Shown one piece after another: positions 29,206-32,000 of a stretch of 32,000 bases of DNA. A program made the translations under genes and the position numbers. The stretch spans positions 891,817-923,816 of the forward strand of contig MKSD01000001.1 of assembly GCA_001898075.1 (NCBI GenBank). Reading direction: 5' to 3'. The stretch comes from Alphaproteobacteria bacterium 40-19 (GTDB lineage Bacteria > Pseudomonadota > Alphaproteobacteria > Holosporales > Holosporaceae). The notes under the pieces are model-generated. The model searched no databases. It was not told the DNA's origin and saw nothing but the letters and a program-made list of their open reading frames with translations. Position 1 is the first letter of the stretch; each line of letters begins with the position of its first letter.

Positions 29206-29901
29206 CTAAAAAGCAATGTGATCGAAGTAATACAATTGAAATTCACAAATGGTACAACGAATTCGTGAAAGATAATTGGCTTCAGGACAATAGGCTTTTA
29301 ATCCAGAAAGCATCTTTAGCCCTTCTAAGGGTTGTTTTTTTTGACGCATTTGATGACGTAGTTTACGAAACAGAGTGTAAGCACGATGACAATTTAAGGT
29401 TTTAATATAACACGAAGCGCTTTCTTGGGCTGAGGTGAAAGAAAGGCAACGACCTTTTTTACGTAATCCAAAAAAAGCATTTTTACGAACGCAGCTTCTG
29501 GCCCGGCCCCAACCGCTTTCAATAGCGCCCTGAGCTAAAGCCAGAGAGATGGGGACTCGATCTAAGCGATCCCAAAGAGCGTTCCAGTTGCTGACTTTGT
29601 AAAAAGCAAAAATATTGTGGAGGTATTTTTTTTGTGGGCCGGTTAAAGGTTTTTTCTTTTGCTGAGTGTAAAGAGCCTGGAGTTGGATGCGCAAGCGGGC
29701 AATTTTCTGATTTTCGTGCCATAAGCACTGCCCCATGCGTTTTATAAAAAGTTTCTTTTCCCAGCTGGCTCTTGAGCGTTGGTTCCATTGTTGATAGAGC
29801 TCATTCCATTGTTTGGCCAGGACGCTATTGGGGAAAAGGTTGAGCCCGCTTAGAAAAATCCAAAGAAGCCCTATTTTTACTTTAGTCCATAGGGTAAACA
29901 C
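29206..29901 (-). CDS. glucosaminidase-domain protein (Bax / FlgJ C-terminal-like), secreted
   Basis: 231-aa ORF with a signal peptide. ALAQGAIESGWGRARSCVRKNAFFGL matches the mannosyl-glycoprotein endo-beta-N-acetylglucosaminidase motif. Overlaps the upstream nfu gene by 20 nt. Confidence 0.7.
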   Translation of the reverse strand: MFTLWTKVKIGLLWIFLSGLNLFPNSVLAKQWNELYQQWNQRSRASWEKKLFIKRMGQCLWHENQKIARLRIQLQALYTQQKKKPLTGPQKKYLHNIFAFYKVSNWNALWDRLDRVPISLALAQGAIESGWGRARSCVRKNAFFGLRKKGRCLSFTSAQESASCYIKTLNCHRAYTLFRKLRHQMRQKKQPLEGLKMLSGLKAYCPEANYLSRIRCTICEFQLYYFDHIAF

Positions 29902-30457
29902 TCTTCACTTCCGGTATATAAAAACGCAGTAATTGTTCAACGCCGTGTTGAAGGGTTTGGGTGGAGTGAGGACAACTGGCACACGCTCCCCACAATTGCA
30001 CATAGACCACACCATCCACAAAAGCTTTAAAAGAAATGGCTCCTCCGTCAGCTTCTACATTGGGACGGATTTTACTGGCTAGCAGCTCTTCAATCTCTTT
30101 GCAAATGGCCTCTGTATGGGGATCTTCTGGTTTCCAACCTTCTAGGGACACGGTTGCCAGTGGGGGTGTTTGAGCAGGCTTCACCCATGTAAGGGGAAAA
30201 GAGTCTTGGTAGTGTGTCAGGATGGAAAAGATGACACTTTCTAAAAGACTCCAGGTGACTTCTTCTGATTTTGTGACTGTGATGAAATCTGGAGCAATAA
30301 ACAGAGAGCAAACTCCGGGAAGCGAAAAAATCTCTTCTAAAACAGGAATTCCTTCGACCTCTGATGCCTGGAAAAAAGAGTGATAGTCTTTTTCACAAAC
30401 GGATTTTCCTAAAATAAATTTGACAGAAGAAGGGTTAGGTGTTTGTTGGGTGTATAT
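29882..30457 (-). CDS. NifU/Nfu-type Fe-S cluster assembly protein (Nfu_N plus NifU C-terminal domain); no canonical start, probable ATA initiation
   Basis: The frame is open from TAA (30463-30461) to the stop at 29882. The N-terminus (K)IYTQQTPNPSSVKFILGK matches the Nfu N-domain start MFIQTExTPNPxxLKF. The C-domain has the CASCPHS CxxC motif. SD aaggag (30470-30465) lies 7 nt before ATA 30457. The track lists only the C-terminal 100 aa from GTG 30184. Confidence 0.7.
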   Translation of the reverse strand: MYTQQTPNPSSVKFILGKSVCEKDYHSFFQASEVEGIPVLEEIFSLPGVCSLFIAPDFITVTKSEEVTWSLLESVIFSILTHYQDSFPLTWVKPAQTPPLATVSLEGWKPEDPHTEAICKEIEELLASKIRPNVEADGGAISFKAFVDGVVYVQLWGACASCPHSTQTLQHGVEQLLRFYIPEVKSVYPMD

Positions 30458-30539
30458 TTTTTATCTCCTTCTTAAAACTCAGTTGTTATTTTAAAAGAAA
30501 AAAGGAAAGAGGTCTACCTGTCAGCACTTTAAGAATTTC

Positions 30540-31019
30540 TTAGAAGTCATTTTCTAAGTAAATCACTCCATTTAAATAGAGCGCAAAGCACAGCCACAAC
30601 ACATACGGCAGCCATAATCCAAAGAGGAGGGGTTTCTTTTTCCAACGCCAAAGTATTTTGATGTTCAGGAGTGCTAAAAAGACAAGATCCCAAAAGGCTG
30701 CGTCAGGACGGTGAAGTTTAAAAAATAAGAAAGACCACACAAGATTTAGACCCCATTGTTGATGAAACAAAATAAAGTCGACTTTTTTAGTGTACGGATC
30801 TTTTTCAGCCCACAATTTGGCATAAACGAGGCCCATCACGGTATACAAAACAGTCCAAACGATGGGAAAGATGTAAGAAGGGGGAGTTAACAAAGATTTG
30901 TTTAAGGAGCTATACCATATATCTGGTTCAGATCCGCAAAGCCAGCCTACCAGCATGCCGGACCCTACACAGACTGTCACACAGATAAGATTTTTAAAAA
31001 TATTTTTTAGACTCAACAA
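30540..31019 (-). CDS. tspO: tryptophan-rich sensory protein TspO/MBR family
   Basis: 159-aa ORF with five hydrophobic segments. WYSSLNKSLLTPPSYIFPIVWTVLYTVMG matches the TspO WYxxLxKPxxxPPxxxFxxVWxxLY motif. TTG start. Confidence 0.8.
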   Translation of the reverse strand: MLSLKNIFKNLICVTVCVGSGMLVGWLCGSEPDIWYSSLNKSLLTPPSYIFPIVWTVLYTVMGLVYAKLWAEKDPYTKKVDFILFHQQWGLNLVWSFLFFKLHRPDAAFWDLVFLALLNIKILWRWKKKPLLFGLWLPYVLWLCFALYLNGVIYLENDF

Positions 31020-31174
31020 GATATTTATAGGAAAATGATGGATCTTTGTTCATAAAAACACAATTAGGAAAAAAAAGCTTTAAAAAGCTCAAAAAGGCGG
31101 TTTTTTTGAACGGCCTATTGCACTAAATAAAAAACTATGGTTACTTATAGCTGTAAGATTTGAAAGGAGAGTTT

Positions 31175-31312
31175 ATGAAATCCTTGTTGTTATTATCCTT
31201 GTTGGCCGTAAGCGCCAATGTTTTTGCTACTGATGCAACTCCTACTTCTGAAGAGAAGAAAGAAGAGCACAAAGTAGAAGAGAAGAAAGAAGAAGTCACA
31301 GAAGCGAAGTAA
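31175..31312 (+). CDS. small secreted Lys/Glu-rich peptide (45 aa, not in ORF track)
   Basis: SD aaggag (31164-31169) lies 5 nt before the ATG. Translation is MKSLLLLSLLAVSANVFA/TDATPTSEEKKEEHKVEEKKEEVTEAK, with a canonical signal peptide and AxA-like cleavage site. A terminator follows 20 nt after the stop. Confidence 0.6.
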   Translation: MKSLLLLSLLAVSANVFATDATPTSEEKKEEHKVEEKKEEVTEAK

Positions 31313-31331
31313 TTCACTTTTGCCTTTTTTC

Positions 31332-31364
31332 AGCACTGCAGGCTTAGACTGTAGTGCTTTTTTT
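31332..31364 (+). terminator. rho-independent terminator of the small secreted-peptide gene
   Basis: 10-bp stem agcactgcag/ctgtagtgct with one mismatch (31332-31341 pairs with 31349-31358), 7-nt loop, then tttttt (31359-31364). Confidence 0.75.
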
Positions 31365-31412
31365 ATATCTAAAAAATTCTTTTTATTCATGATCAGCCAG
31401 CTTTTTTTAAAA

Positions 31413-31991
31413 TCAGAGTCCCTGTTTCAGTGCTTGTACCAATAAGGTTGGAAGAACAGTTTGATAACTGTACTCGGGGTGTTGTACCGTCAGCGTTGCA
31501 GGAAGGTCAGGCTGTAATGTGATAGGGAAAGAGATAAAGTTAACGCTAAACGCTTTGGGGTCACCATAAGTGGCGGCCTGGAAAGAGCTTAAAGGTTGGC
31601 AAAAAGATTTTACTCCTTCTTGATTTAAAGAAACATAGGAAAGAATATTCCACCACTGGGCCAGACGTTGTTGCCGTTGGACAGGATCAGAAATTTCAAT
31701 CATCAAAGTGGCCGTTACCTGATTTTGGTCGGGGATTAAGGGGTTGTAGGCTTCTAGTTCGCCTTCTATATCTTGGCTTTCTTCAATCAAAAGCATTTCT
31801 TGAATGTGCCACCAAACCAATAACTTGCTTTCAAAGACCACGGAAATATCGGGTCCTAAAAACACTTGGTGCTGTTTTTTTAGGTGCATGATCAAGGGCA
31901 ACAAAGTAGGTTTCTCTTCACCAAAACGCGAAAAAGGCCAAATATCTTGAACGGTTAGTTTTTCAAAGGGATTGTCGAAAGAAGGCATCAT
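31413..31991 (-). CDS. DUF3501-like protein
   Basis: 192-aa ORF. The central EAYNPLIPDQNQVTATLMIEISDPVQRQQRL resembles what I recall of DUF3501 (ELxAYNPLIPxGxxLxATxMIE). The start is close to the window edge. The family assignment is from memory and needs an HMM check. Confidence 0.45.
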   Translation of the reverse strand: MMPSFDNPFEKLTVQDIWPFSRFGEEKPTLLPLIMHLKKQHQVFLGPDISVVFESKLLVWWHIQEMLLIEESQDIEGELEAYNPLIPDQNQVTATLMIEISDPVQRQQRLAQWWNILSYVSLNQEGVKSFCQPLSSFQAATYGDPKAFSVNFISFPITLQPDLPATLTVQHPEYSYQTVLPTLLVQALKQGL

Positions 31992-32000
31992 CAGATTATC

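Noticed and set aside
31193-31390. 65-aa minus-strand ORF listed in the track.
   Set aside because: It is antisense to the better-supported + strand signal-peptide ORF, which has an SD and a terminator. Its Phe/Leu-rich low-complexity core is the complement of the Lys/Glu repeat, and it has no SD.

Overview
This window is mostly conserved housekeeping DNA from an AT-rich bacterium of roughly 40% GC with very AT-rich spacers. Protein similarities, a CIRCE-controlled groESL and a tuf gene detached from fusA suggest an alphaproteobacterial intracellular lineage (Rickettsiales- or Holosporales-like); that taxon call is inference only. The core is a complete tuf-S10-spc ribosomal protein cluster on the + strand (tuf, rpsJ through rplO, secY, adk; 9341-21703). 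It includes an rpmD gene (19087-19263) that is too short to appear in the ORF track. To the left are a ybaB 3' fragment, rplS, a secreted hypothetical, rpiB, ubiA, a GT25 glycosyltransferase, tRNA-Ser(CGA), a cytidylyltransferase gene broken by a stop codon, and yejBEF. To the right are a chloramphenicol-phosphotransferase-like gene broken by a stop codon, groES-groEL with CIRCE operator and terminator, yggU-pgeF-trxA, htrA-nusB, a Bax-like glucosaminidase, an Nfu/NifU gene, tspO, an untracked 45-aa signal-peptide ORF, and a DUF3501-like gene. I found no CRISPR array, IS element, integrase, toxin-antitoxin pair or recognisable defence operon, and no convincing novel multi-gene system. The items worth a second look are smaller. 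Three otherwise intact genes each carry one lesion: an in-frame TGA, an in-frame TAA, and an ATA where the start codon should be. There is also an unannotated small secreted Lys/Glu-repeat peptide with its own SD and terminator, and an orphan intrinsic terminator 5 nt upstream of rpiB. Further items are a long-range stem in the ybaB-rplS spacer, a decayed gene-poor flank at tRNA-Ser, and synteny breaks at both ends of the ribosomal cluster. All homology calls come from reading the translations by eye and recalling family motifs. No database search was run.
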